Assembly: GCA_963846575.1 (NCBI GenBank)
Contig: CAWJWJ010000002.1
Coordinates: 2,336,001-2,400,000, forward strand
Source: an uncultured Nitrospiraceae bacterium
GTDB taxonomy: Bacteria; Nitrospirota; Nitrospiria; Nitrospirales; Nitrospiraceae
DNA: 64,000 bases
Direction: 5' to 3'
The notes under the pieces are model-generated. The model had not been told where the DNA came from, did no database searches, and saw only the letters and a program-made list of their open reading frames with translations. Position numbers and translations under genes: made by a program. Below are positions 20,869 through 29,662 of this stretch, piece after piece; position 1 is the first letter of the stretch, and each line of letters starts with the position of its first letter.

Positions 20869-22245
20869 TCAGCGATAAAATCGCGCCCCGGAAACTTGCG
20901 ATAACAACTCCTCGACCCGACGATTGACCGCACTGAATGGATCCATGCAGAGGATGGTCTCTTCCCAATAGCCATTCAACTTCAGATAGGTCCAGTCTAC
21001 CGTATAGGAGCGGTTCTTGGCCCGCGCAAAGCGGATGAAGTCGCCGCGGACTTTTGCCCGGGTCGTCTGCGGCGGGACCGACATGGCGCGCTGCACCGCC
21101 TCCTCCTCCACCACGCGGGTGGCCATCCCGCGATTTTCCATCAGATAATACAGCCCACGGGTCCGTTTGACGTCATGAAACTGCAAATCCAACAAAAACA
21201 CACGGGGATCATCCCAGCCGCAATCTTTCTTGTCCGTGTAGGACTGAATAAGATGCTTTTTCATAACCCAGTCGACTTCATGCAGTAACTGCATGGGGTC
21301 TGTCTCGAGACGGTCCAGCACCGACACCCACTGCTTGAGCACATCGTCTAAAACGGGATCGTGGTCCTGCTCGTTCAAGAACTCCTTTGCCCGCGCGGCA
21401 TAGACCCGCTGGATCTCAATCGCGGTCATCTGCCGGCCATCGTCAAGTTTGACCCGCTTATTGAGGGTGGGATCACGGGAAATCTCGCGGATCGCTTTTA
21501 CGGGATCCTCGAGCTCCATGGCACTCACGGAATATCCCGCTTCGACCATGGAGAGTACCAAGGTCGCCGTGCCTACCTTCAAATAGGTGGCACATTCCGA
21601 CATGTTCGAATCGCCCACAATGATGTGAAGACGCCGGTATTTCTCCGCGTCGGCGTGAGGCTCGTCCCGGGTATTGATGATGCTCCGCGAGGAGGTCGTC
21701 GATGAGGAGGTCTTTTCATGGATGTGCTGGGCACGCTGCGAGATGAAGTATTGCGGCTTCCCGGACACCTTCAGGACTTTTCCGGCACCGGAATAAATTT
21801 GCCGGGTAACAAAAAATGGAATGAGCTGTTCGGTGACCTTCCAGAAATCAACATCCCGGCGCATCAAATAGTTTTCATGGCAGCCGTAGGTATTGCCGAG
21901 GGAATCGGTATTATTCTTAAAGATGTAAATTTCTCCTGCCAGGCCCTCCTCACGCAAGCGTTCTTCCGCAGCCGGCAAACAGGCTTCCAACAGTCGCTCA
22001 CCAGCCTTGTCGTGGATGACCAGATCAAGGATGTTGTCGCATTCAGGCGTCGAGTATTCCGGATGACAACCCGTATCCTGGTAAAATCTCGCTCCGTTGA
22101 CGAGAAAGGCGTTGGACGGCCAACTGTTCGGGATGAGGCCTTCGAAAATGTACCCCAGGACTTTCTCCATGGGGAGATAGATCTTCCCATTGGGGGAGAA
22201 GATCAGTCCGTATTCGTTCTCGAGACCAAAGATACGTTGTTGCAT
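20869..22245 (-). CDS. pafA: Pup--protein ligase
   Basis: RIFGLENEYG, NGARFYQD, HPEYSTPEC, GCHENY, SRSIINTRDEPHAD and RRLHIIVGDSNM; lacks the Dop loop. Alternative start 22269. Confidence 0.93.
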   Translation of the reverse strand: MQQRIFGLENEYGLIFSPNGKIYLPMEKVLGYIFEGLIPNSWPSNAFLVNGARFYQDTGCHPEYSTPECDNILDLVIHDKAGERLLEACLPAAEERLREEGLAGEIYIFKNNTDSLGNTYGCHENYLMRRDVDFWKVTEQLIPFFVTRQIYSGAGKVLKVSGKPQYFISQRAQHIHEKTSSSTTSSRSIINTRDEPHADAEKYRRLHIIVGDSNMSECATYLKVGTATLVLSMVEAGYSVSAMELEDPVKAIREISRDPTLNKRVKLDDGRQMTAIEIQRVYAARAKEFLNEQDHDPVLDDVLKQWVSVLDRLETDPMQLLHEVDWVMKKHLIQSYTDKKDCGWDDPRVFLLDLQFHDVKRTRGLYYLMENRGMATRVVEEEAVQRAMSVPPQTTRAKVRGDFIRFARAKNRSYTVDWTYLKLNGYWEETILCMDPFSAVNRRVEELLSQVSGARFYR

Positions 22246-22402
22246 AGGTTCGGGATCCCTCGAAGCCATGTTACTTCAGGATACACCGTGACACGTACGG
22301 CTTCAACAGACGCTTTGCTTTGCACACCGGACGTGTGATCGGAGGTTAGGGTTGGTGAACACGCACCACCGATCGGGAGGGCTGTCGGAGATTGGACGGA
22401 CG

Positions 22403-23086
22403 TTAGGCGAGGAGCTGGGAAATGTCGGTGCTGCTCAAGCGCTTGAACTGTCGCCCGACGCGGGTTCTATCGAGCAGGGCCACTTCCAGGTTTTCTGATG
22501 GGATTCGCTGTCCCGCGACCTGCTCCAGGGCGGCGAGGCACCGCTTCAGACTATCTTTGAGGGTCGCCGGCTGAGTTGTGGCATGTTCCCGTAAATACTG
22601 CTGCACGGCCTCCGAGCGACCGCCAATGACCGCAAAACTTTTCTCGTCGACAATGCTTCCGTCAAAAGAGATGCGATAGATTTCACTCGCCTGGCCATTC
22701 GCCGCGACCTGCACCACCAGTATTTCTACCTCCAGCGGTTTGACATCCGTACTGAAGGCCGTACCTAAACTCTGCGAATAGGCGTTGGACAAGGTCCGTG
22801 CACTGACATCTTCGCGGCTATACATGTAACCGGTCAGATCCGCATGACGAATGCCCGCCTTTCGGAGATGTTCGAATTCGCTGTACTTCCCGGCGCCGGC
22901 GAACGCAATCCGATCGTACACTTCCGACACCTTGTGCAGCGACGAACTCGGATTGTCGGCCGCCAATAGAATGCCGTCGCTGTATTCCAACGCGATAATG
23001 GAGCGCCCCTTCGCGATGCCCTTCCTGGCGTACTCCGCCTTGTCCTGCATCATCTGTTCAGGCGAGACGTAGTAGGGCAATGGCAT
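22403..23086 (-). CDS. prcA: 20S proteasome alpha subunit
   Basis: PYYVSPEQMMQDKAEYARKGIAKGRS, matching the actinobacterial-type PrcA N-terminus. Confidence 0.96.
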   Translation of the reverse strand: MPLPYYVSPEQMMQDKAEYARKGIAKGRSIIALEYSDGILLAADNPSSSLHKVSEVYDRIAFAGAGKYSEFEHLRKAGIRHADLTGYMYSREDVSARTLSNAYSQSLGTAFSTDVKPLEVEILVVQVAANGQASEIYRISFDGSIVDEKSFAVIGGRSEAVQQYLREHATTQPATLKDSLKRCLAALEQVAGQRIPSENLEVALLDRTRVGRQFKRLSSTDISQLLA

Positions 23087-23089
23087 CGA

Positions 23090-23914
23090 CTAGGTTCTCC
23101 TTCGCTCTGCGATCAGAGTTTCGAGCAGGGCCCGGACCCGTTCCTCAGGAACATCCGTAATCCCGTTCTGACTGACAATTTTCGCCGTTGGATAGATCCC
23201 CCGTACCATATCAGGGCCGCCCGTTCCGACATCTTCATCCGCCGCATTGTACAGCGCCAGGAGCCCGACACGAATCGCCGCCTCCTCGTCCAGTCCCGAG
23301 CGGTAATGCTCGCGCATCGTGTTACGGGCATCCTTGCCGCCCGACCCGATGGAGTGATGATCGGACTCTTCGTAGCGCCCGCCGGTAATGTCGTATTTAA
23401 AGATCCGACCTTCCTTGCGCTTGAGATCGTAGCCAACATAGAGGGGCATGACGACCAGTCCCTGAAACACCATGGGCAGATTGGCCTTCACCATTTGTCC
23501 CAGTTTGTTCGCCTTACCTTCGCACGACAGCTGGACGCCCTCCAACTTCTCGTAGTGCTCCAGTTCGGTCTGGAACAGCTTGGCCATCTCGATACAAGGT
23601 CCGGCTGCTCCGGCAATCGCCATGGCGGAATAGTCGTCAATGCGAAATACTTTTTCAATGCGCCGGTCAGCGATCTGAAATCCTTCCGTCGCGCGCCGGT
23701 CTCCGGCAATAATGGCTCCATCACGGTACTTCAACGCCAACACCGTCGTCCCATGGGGAACCCCCATGATTCCTGGACGGTTGAAGTCGTGAGGCACGGC
23801 TGCGCGCGGCCCGCTCATATCGGTCATCGAGGGCGTGAGTTCGGGATAGTGCCGATTGAGGAAGTCAAAAAAGCTGGACCCCTCGTGATATGGAAGGAAC
23901 GAACTGTTTTTCAT
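23090..23914 (-). CDS. prcB: 20S proteasome beta subunit with propeptide
   Basis: SSFFDFL propeptide, PHG|TT catalytic Thr, GDRRAT, ELEHYEKLEG and GSGG. Confidence 0.96.
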   Translation of the reverse strand: MKNSSFLPYHEGSSFFDFLNRHYPELTPSMTDMSGPRAAVPHDFNRPGIMGVPHGTTVLALKYRDGAIIAGDRRATEGFQIADRRIEKVFRIDDYSAMAIAGAAGPCIEMAKLFQTELEHYEKLEGVQLSCEGKANKLGQMVKANLPMVFQGLVVMPLYVGYDLKRKEGRIFKYDITGGRYEESDHHSIGSGGKDARNTMREHYRSGLDEEAAIRVGLLALYNAADEDVGTGGPDMVRGIYPTAKIVSQNGITDVPEERVRALLETLIAERRRT

Positions 23915-23926
23915 GTGACGTCGTGC

Positions 23927-25426
23927 CTAAGTCGACAGTTTTTCGAGCAGCGCAGCCGCCGTCTCTGACTGGGCTAACAGCTCCCCCGTCAGAGCTTCGG
24001 TCCCGCGTAAAGGATCCATCAGCGGGATCCTTTTGATTTTGTTCTGCCCGATATCGAACAACACCGACGTCCAACTTGCCCCGTAGACGGCGTTCGGGTA
24101 TTTCTTGACGCACTGACCTCGAAAATAGGCCCGAGTGCCAACCGGCGCAGTGAATTCCGCGCGTGCGATCTCATGATCCAACACAATACGCTCAATCCTG
24201 TTACTGCGTTCCAACGTATAGTAGAGTCCCTTGTCCGGCCTGACATCGTGGTACTGAAAATCCATTAACCGTACCCGCGGATCATCCCATCCGCAAGACT
24301 TGCGCTCCATATAGGATTCAATCAGATAACGCTTGGCCACCCAATCCAATTCCCGCACCAATAGGCGAGGATCTCGTTCCAACCGGTCCAGCACATCCTC
24401 CCAGCGCACCAGCACATCTTTCGTCACCTGGTCGAGTTCGTGGCAAGCATAAAATTCCTGCGCAGCTTTGAGATAGGCCCGCTGCACCGCGATCGCAGTC
24501 GTGGCGGTTCCATCGACTAATTTAACCGTCTCTTTCACCTGAACGTCCCGAGACACCTGCTTGATAGCGGCGATGGGATCCGCCAGCGCGATCCGTGGAA
24601 GATCGGCCCCGGACTCGAGCAGGTGCAGCACAATGGACAGGGTTCCAACCTTGAGATAGGTCGAGAGCTCAGCCATATTCGCGTCCCCGACAATTACGTG
24701 GAGCCTGCGGTACTTTGCCGAATCGGAATGCGGTTCGTCGCGCGTATTAATGATAGGCCGCCGGACCATGGTGTTCAGGTCGACGAGAGTCTCGAAGAAA
24801 TCCGCTCGCTGCGAGAGCTGATATTCAGTCGGGCTAGTTTGATTCTCCGCCCCCACCTTGCCCGATCCTGCATAGATCGAACGCGTGACAAGGAATGGAG
24901 TCAACATTTGAGTGATTCGTTCGAATGACACCGCGCGGGAGACGAGATAGTTTTCGTGGTACCCGTAACTATTCCCCTTCCCGTCCGAATTATTCTTGTA
25001 CAAGACGAACTGCTCACGACCGCGGGCTTTGGTGATACCGTCCAAGGCCTGGGCAATGATGCGCTCGCCGACACGCTCGAAGGCCACCACTTCCCTGGCA
25101 TTCGTACATTCCGGTGTCGAATATTCAGGGTGGGCGCCATCGACATAGAGCCGTCCTCCGTTCGACAAGACCTTATTAAGCTGTCGATTATAGTCCGGCC
25201 CCGGTCGTTCCCGCTCTCCATCCACCTCGAACCCTCGCGCATCCAACAAGGGGTTTTCGTTTTCGTAATCCCACACTGCATGAGGGGCCGGAAGGTTCGA
25301 GTAATGTCCGATGAGATGAAGGGAATTGGCGACGGGGTCAGCGGCGCTCGGATCGCGGCTCGCGATACCAAATTCGGTCTCCGTGCCGATCACACGGGAC
25401 AGGTTGTTGGAATGGTTGTCGTTCAT
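23927..25426 (-). CDS. dop: Pup deamidase/depupylase
   Basis: GTETEFG, Dop-loop WDYENENPLLDARGF, NGGRLYVDGAHPEYSTPEC, SQRADFF and DPLRGT. Confidence 0.93.
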   Translation of the reverse strand: MNDNHSNNLSRVIGTETEFGIASRDPSAADPVANSLHLIGHYSNLPAPHAVWDYENENPLLDARGFEVDGERERPGPDYNRQLNKVLSNGGRLYVDGAHPEYSTPECTNAREVVAFERVGERIIAQALDGITKARGREQFVLYKNNSDGKGNSYGYHENYLVSRAVSFERITQMLTPFLVTRSIYAGSGKVGAENQTSPTEYQLSQRADFFETLVDLNTMVRRPIINTRDEPHSDSAKYRRLHVIVGDANMAELSTYLKVGTLSIVLHLLESGADLPRIALADPIAAIKQVSRDVQVKETVKLVDGTATTAIAVQRAYLKAAQEFYACHELDQVTKDVLVRWEDVLDRLERDPRLLVRELDWVAKRYLIESYMERKSCGWDDPRVRLMDFQYHDVRPDKGLYYTLERSNRIERIVLDHEIARAEFTAPVGTRAYFRGQCVKKYPNAVYGASWTSVLFDIGQNKIKRIPLMDPLRGTEALTGELLAQSETAAALLEKLST

Positions 25427-25440
25427 GGGTTTCGAGTGTG

Positions 25441-27210
25441 CTACAGATAGTGCCCGGTGTTGACTGTCTCAATTTGACGAGCCTCGGCTGGCCCACCGCT
25501 GATTGTCCGAAGGTGAACGATCTTCTCGCCCTTCTTACCAGCGACCTTGGCCCAATCGTCGGGATTGGTCGTGTTGGGCAGATCTTCGTGCTCTTTGAAC
25601 TCTTCACGGATCGCCCTGATCAGGTCGTCCGCTCGGAACCCGGTGCCTTCCTGCGCAATCGCCCGCTTCACGGCGAATTTCTTGGCTCGTGACACGATGC
25701 CCTCGATCAAGGCGCCGCTGGCGAAGTCCTTAAAATACAGAACTTCCTTCTCGCCGTTCGCATACGTGACTTCGATGAATTTGTTCTCGTCGGAGGTCGC
25801 ATACATGGCATCGACCGTCAGATTCATAAGCGATTCGACGAGCGCCCGGGCATCTCCGCCGTGGCGCTTCAGGTCCTCCTCCGCAAAAGGCAAATCAGCT
25901 GAGACATACTTGGAGAAAATGTCTCGCGCCGCGGCGGCATCGGGGCGGCCGACCTTTACCTTTACATCGAGACGGCCCGCCCGCAGCACGGCTGGATCAA
26001 TGAGATCCTGTCGGTTGCTCGCGCCGATGACGATGACGTTCTTCAAACGTTCCACACCGTCGATCTCCGACAGGAATTGCGGAACGATGGTCGATTCGAT
26101 GTCGGAGGAGATGCCCGTACCGCGGGTGCGGAAGAGCGCATCCATTTCGTCGAAGAACACGATCACAGGATGACCGTCATCAGCCCGCTCTTTGGCCTTC
26201 TTGAAGACTTCACGCACCTGCCGTTCCGACTCACCTACGTACTTATTCAGCAGTTCCGGACCTTTCACATGGAGGAAATAGCTCCGGAGTTGCTTATCCT
26301 TAAGATGTCCCAGCTTTTTCGCGATCGAGCTTGCCACCGCCTTGGCGATCAAGGTCTTTCCGCAGCCGGGAGGTCCGTAGAGCAACACACCCTTGGGGGC
26401 GTGCAGTTTATAATTCGAAAAGATGTGCGGGTAGAGAAACGGTAACTCCACGGCATCCCGCACCTGCTCGATCTCTTTTTGCAGCCCTCCGATGTGCTCG
26501 TAATCCACATCCGGCACTTCCTCGAGCACCAATTCCTCGGCCTCCGATTTCGGCAACTTCTCGATCACGCAGCCAGAACGTGCATCGTACAACAAGTGGT
26601 CGCCCACGCTGAGCCGTTCCTTTAACAGGGGCTCGCCCAACTCAGCCACCTTTTCTTCATCAAAATGCAGCGTCACCAGCGCCCGGTTCCCCTCCAGCAC
26701 GTCCTTGAGTCGGACGACTTCGCCCTGGACATCGAACCCGCGCACCTCGATGACATTCAATGCTTCGTTGAGGATGACTTCCTGACCTTTACGCAGTTCT
26801 TTCGCTTTGATGGACGGATGAAAACTGACCTTCATCTTGCGACCGGATACGTAGACGTTTCCCGTCCCGTCGGTGTTCAGGCTGGAGAAAATTCCATAGG
26901 TGGACGGCGGGGCGGTCAGTTTTTCAACCTCGGCCCGCAACGCTTCGATTTGGGATTTGGCTTCCTGGAGGGTCGAGACGAGCTTTTCGTTCTGCTTTGT
27001 CGTTTGCTCGAGCTGGTAACGTGACTGGTAGAGCCGCCGAATTTCCTCCTCCATCGACTGGATTTGGATACGAAGTTTTTCAACCTCGCGCGTATGTTCG
27101 TCGTTCTTGTGTGTCACGCTCCCCTCTCCGTCAGAAAGTGACTTGGTAAAGCGTTTGACGGAATCACGGAAGGACCGGAGTCGGCCTGAACTCCTGTTTG
27201 ATTCGGCCAT
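25441..27210 (-). CDS. arc: Proteasome-associated ATPase ARC/Mpa
   Basis: N-terminal coiled coil, OB domains, GPPGCGKT, FFDEMD and C-terminal GHYL docking motif. Confidence 0.96.
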   Translation of the reverse strand: MAESNRSSGRLRSFRDSVKRFTKSLSDGEGSVTHKNDEHTREVEKLRIQIQSMEEEIRRLYQSRYQLEQTTKQNEKLVSTLQEAKSQIEALRAEVEKLTAPPSTYGIFSSLNTDGTGNVYVSGRKMKVSFHPSIKAKELRKGQEVILNEALNVIEVRGFDVQGEVVRLKDVLEGNRALVTLHFDEEKVAELGEPLLKERLSVGDHLLYDARSGCVIEKLPKSEAEELVLEEVPDVDYEHIGGLQKEIEQVRDAVELPFLYPHIFSNYKLHAPKGVLLYGPPGCGKTLIAKAVASSIAKKLGHLKDKQLRSYFLHVKGPELLNKYVGESERQVREVFKKAKERADDGHPVIVFFDEMDALFRTRGTGISSDIESTIVPQFLSEIDGVERLKNVIVIGASNRQDLIDPAVLRAGRLDVKVKVGRPDAAAARDIFSKYVSADLPFAEEDLKRHGGDARALVESLMNLTVDAMYATSDENKFIEVTYANGEKEVLYFKDFASGALIEGIVSRAKKFAVKRAIAQEGTGFRADDLIRAIREEFKEHEDLPNTTNPDDWAKVAGKKGEKIVHLRTISGGPAEARQIETVNTGHYL

Positions 27211-27270
27211 CGCTTTACTCGCCGGATGGTTCGAAAGCCTTGTCTGTCACGGTCATCCACGTCTTTTCGG

Positions 27271-27299
27271 ATTCTAACATCCGTATAGGGGGTGGTCAA
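27271..27299 (-). promoter_or_regulatory. Putative sigma70 promoter for the proteasome operon
   Basis: Minus strand reads TTGACC-N17-TAGAAT, about 60 bp upstream of arc. Confidence 0.7.
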
Positions 27300-27366
27300 C
27301 TGCAGCGACTCGACGAACATCTCTCGGCACACCGCGCGCTGAGTCGGAAGCCATCGTGCTGCGTCT

Positions 27367-27993
27367 TTATCGTGCTGCGTCGAGCGCGGAGAGGAGCGCT
27401 CTTGTCGACTGTTCAACGTCCGAAGTACTTAAGATCGACGATAGCACGGCGACGCCGAATCCACCCGCTCGCCGCACGTCACCAGCACGCACAGCAGTGA
27501 TTCCACCGATTGCAAAAATAGGAATGCGGGCGGAGCCGGCGGCCCGCTCGAGGGTCCGGATACCAAGCGGCGGCCCGTACGCTTGCTTCGACGGCGTCTC
27601 GTAGATCGGCCCCAAGACAACGAAGTCCGCGCCCTCGCGCTCTGCGACAATCACACCCTCGATGGAATGAACGGATCGGCCGAGTAGTTGCTCAGGACGC
27701 AGGAGACCTCGAACCACCGGTGTCGGCAGGCTACTCTCGCGCAGGTGGACACCGCGACAGTCAACTGCCGCCACGAGATCGGCGCGATCATTGATGAAGA
27801 GGTGCGCGTCGGGTATCTGCCGCTGAAAGTCCTGAGCCAGAACCAGCAACTCACGAGAAGACAGGTCCCGTTCGCGGAGCTGCACGGCGCGCAGTCCGGC
27901 GTCTACGGCGCGCTCAATAACTGCCAGGAGTGGACGCCCAGCGGTCTGCTGACGATCAGTGACTAAATAAAGACGGAAATCGACGGAGGGCAT
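27367..27993 (-). CDS. thiE: Thiamine-phosphate synthase (ThiE/TenI family)
   Basis: LYLVTD, VQLRE, INDR, GVHL, GPIYETPSK and AIGGI; follows thiG. Confidence 0.85.
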   Translation of the reverse strand: MPSVDFRLYLVTDRQQTAGRPLLAVIERAVDAGLRAVQLRERDLSSRELLVLAQDFQRQIPDAHLFINDRADLVAAVDCRGVHLRESSLPTPVVRGLLRPEQLLGRSVHSIEGVIVAEREGADFVVLGPIYETPSKQAYGPPLGIRTLERAAGSARIPIFAIGGITAVRAGDVRRAGGFGVAVLSSILSTSDVEQSTRALLSALDAAR

Positions 27994-28050
27994 TCAGACA
28001 ATTCTGACCGTTCGAACCTCGATAATCACTCATGCGCCCTTCACGAGGGA

Positions 28051-28830
28051 CTACAGCATCCCTTCGATCGGGCTGCTGGCCGTCGCATAGAGTTTGCGAG
28101 GAATACGTCCTGCCTTGTAGGCCAACCGGCCGGCCCAGATGGCGTATTTCATGGCTTCGGCCATGGCAAGAGGATCCTGTGCGCCTGCGATGGCAGTATT
28201 CATGAGCACGGCGTCCGCTCCGTACTCCATTGCCAACGCCGCATCGGATGCGGTTCCAACGCCCGCATCTACAATAATCGGCACCTTCACCGTTTCCATG
28301 ATGATCTTCAGGTTGTAGGGATTCCGAATACCCAGTCCGGACCCGATGGGAGCGGCCAGCGGCATCACGGCGGGACAACCGATATCCACCAACTTCTTGG
28401 CGACAATTGGATCGTCGTTCGTATAGGGCAGAACGATGAACCCCTCTTTAACAAGTATTTTCGCCGCCTCGATCAACCCGGCCGTATCAGGAAACAGAGT
28501 CTTCTCGTCGCCCAGCACTTCCAATTTCACGAGATCGGAGACCCCGGCCGCTCGTGCCAGTCGGGCATAACGAACGGCATCTTCCACGGTGTAGCACCCG
28601 GCGGTATTCGGTAGGATGATGTATTTCTTCGGGTCGATATAATCCAGAAGATTTTCTTTGGATCGGTCCGTAACGTTGACTCGACGAACGGCGACGGTCA
28701 CCACGTCGGCGCCGGACGCCTCGATGGCCTTTTTGGTTTCCACAAAATCTTTATATTTGCCTGTCCCCACCCACAAACGAGACTTGAACTCTCTGCCGGC
28801 AATCACTAATTGATCATTGATCGTATCCAT
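28051..28830 (-). CDS. thiG: Thiazole synthase
   Basis: [36 protein letters not shown] and ASSP. Confidence 0.97.
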   Translation of the reverse strand: MDTINDQLVIAGREFKSRLWVGTGKYKDFVETKKAIEASGADVVTVAVRRVNVTDRSKENLLDYIDPKKYIILPNTAGCYTVEDAVRYARLARAAGVSDLVKLEVLGDEKTLFPDTAGLIEAAKILVKEGFIVLPYTNDDPIVAKKLVDIGCPAVMPLAAPIGSGLGIRNPYNLKIIMETVKVPIIVDAGVGTASDAALAMEYGADAVLMNTAIAGAQDPLAMAEAMKYAIWAGRLAYKAGRIPRKLYATASSPIEGML

Positions 28831-28837
28831 AGGTAGA

Positions 28838-29044
28838 TTACCCCGCGCCACCGCCGATAAAACTCAAGATTTCCACGCGGTCTCCATCAGACAGGCCGCG
28901 GGTCTCGAAATCGTTTCGGTTCAAAATCTCCAAGTTTAATTCCACAGCCACTCGATCGGCCCGAACATTCAATTCTTGGAGCAAGGCCGCGACTGTCTGC
29001 CCATCACCAACTCCGCGCGATTCACCATTGACCTGGATGGTCAC
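28838..29044 (-). CDS. thiS: Sulfur carrier protein ThiS
   Basis: IQVNGE...[10 protein letters not shown]...[16 protein letters not shown] start after GGAGG. The protein ends GGG-AG. Confidence 0.92.
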   Translation of the reverse strand: MTIQVNGESRGVGDGQTVAALLQELNVRADRVAVELNLEILNRNDFETRGLSDGDRVEILSFIGGGAG

Positions 29045-29069
29045 CGCCACACCTCCACTCTGTCCGGTC

Positions 29070-29099
29070 ATCCTATGAAACGGCAAAACCGGTTGTCAA
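29070..29099 (-). promoter_or_regulatory. Putative promoter for thiS-thiG-thiE
   Basis: Minus strand reads TTGACA-N18-TAGGAT. Confidence 0.55.
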
Positions 29100-29173
29100 C
29101 CGGACCCGGTTTAGCCTTGCCGTTTGAACTCTTTGCCCGCACAATGACCTGAAAACACGGGGTGGCCCAATCG

Positions 29174-29662
29174 ATGGATGAACAAGCCAGACAACTCGCA
29201 CAGCTGTTTCGCGCCATGGCGAATCTTCTGGCTGCCCGGCGCGCGAATCCCTATCGGGTACGCGCGTACAGGAAAGCCGCCGATTCCATTTCCACCATAT
29301 CCGGAGACCTCGCCGACCTCGTGGCAAGACGCCAACTCCAGACAATTCCTGGAATTGGCCGCGAATTAGCGGAAAAAATAGAAGAGTACCTTGCGACGGG
29401 GACGATTCGCACGTATGAGGAACTCAAGACACCCTTGCCTGAGGAAGTAGCGGGCTGGGCCACGCTCCCGGGACTTTCCGACGCTCTCGTGAGCTACCTG
29501 TATTTCAGACTGAACATCCGCACACTGACCGATCTGGAAACCCTGGTTGAATCTCATCTGCTGAGAACTCAACCAGGGTTTTCAGGCTCAGAAGAGTCGT
29601 TGCTTGCAGCCATCCGCGCTCAACAGAAGCCCACGTCCACTATGCCGGACGAAGCTCCTTGA
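29174..29662 (+). CDS. Stand-alone DNA polymerase X N-terminal (8-kDa/HhH plus fingers) protein
   Basis: NPYRVRAYRKAA and IPGIGRELAEKIEE match the Pol beta/PolX N-terminus; no palm or PHP domain follows. Confidence 0.8.
   Translation: MDEQARQLAQLFRAMANLLAARRANPYRVRAYRKAADSISTISGDLADLVARRQLQTIPGIGRELAEKIEEYLATGTIRTYEELKTPLPEEVAGWATLPGLSDALVSYLYFRLNIRTLTDLETLVESHLLRTQPGFSGSEESLLAAIRAQQKPTSTMPDEAP

Noticed and set aside
22270..22402. prcA-pafA gap (and the thiE-arc gap, 27211-27366) as a hidden pup or UBact gene
   Set aside because: Both gaps are shorter than a typical pup gene of about 64 codons, and I found no acidic ORF ending GGE/GGQ or R[ST]G[EQ]; the second gap holds the arc promoter.
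29045..29173. TPP riboswitch upstream of thiS
   Set aside because: No GCTGAGA/CCTGA-type core motifs on the minus strand, and too little leader space.
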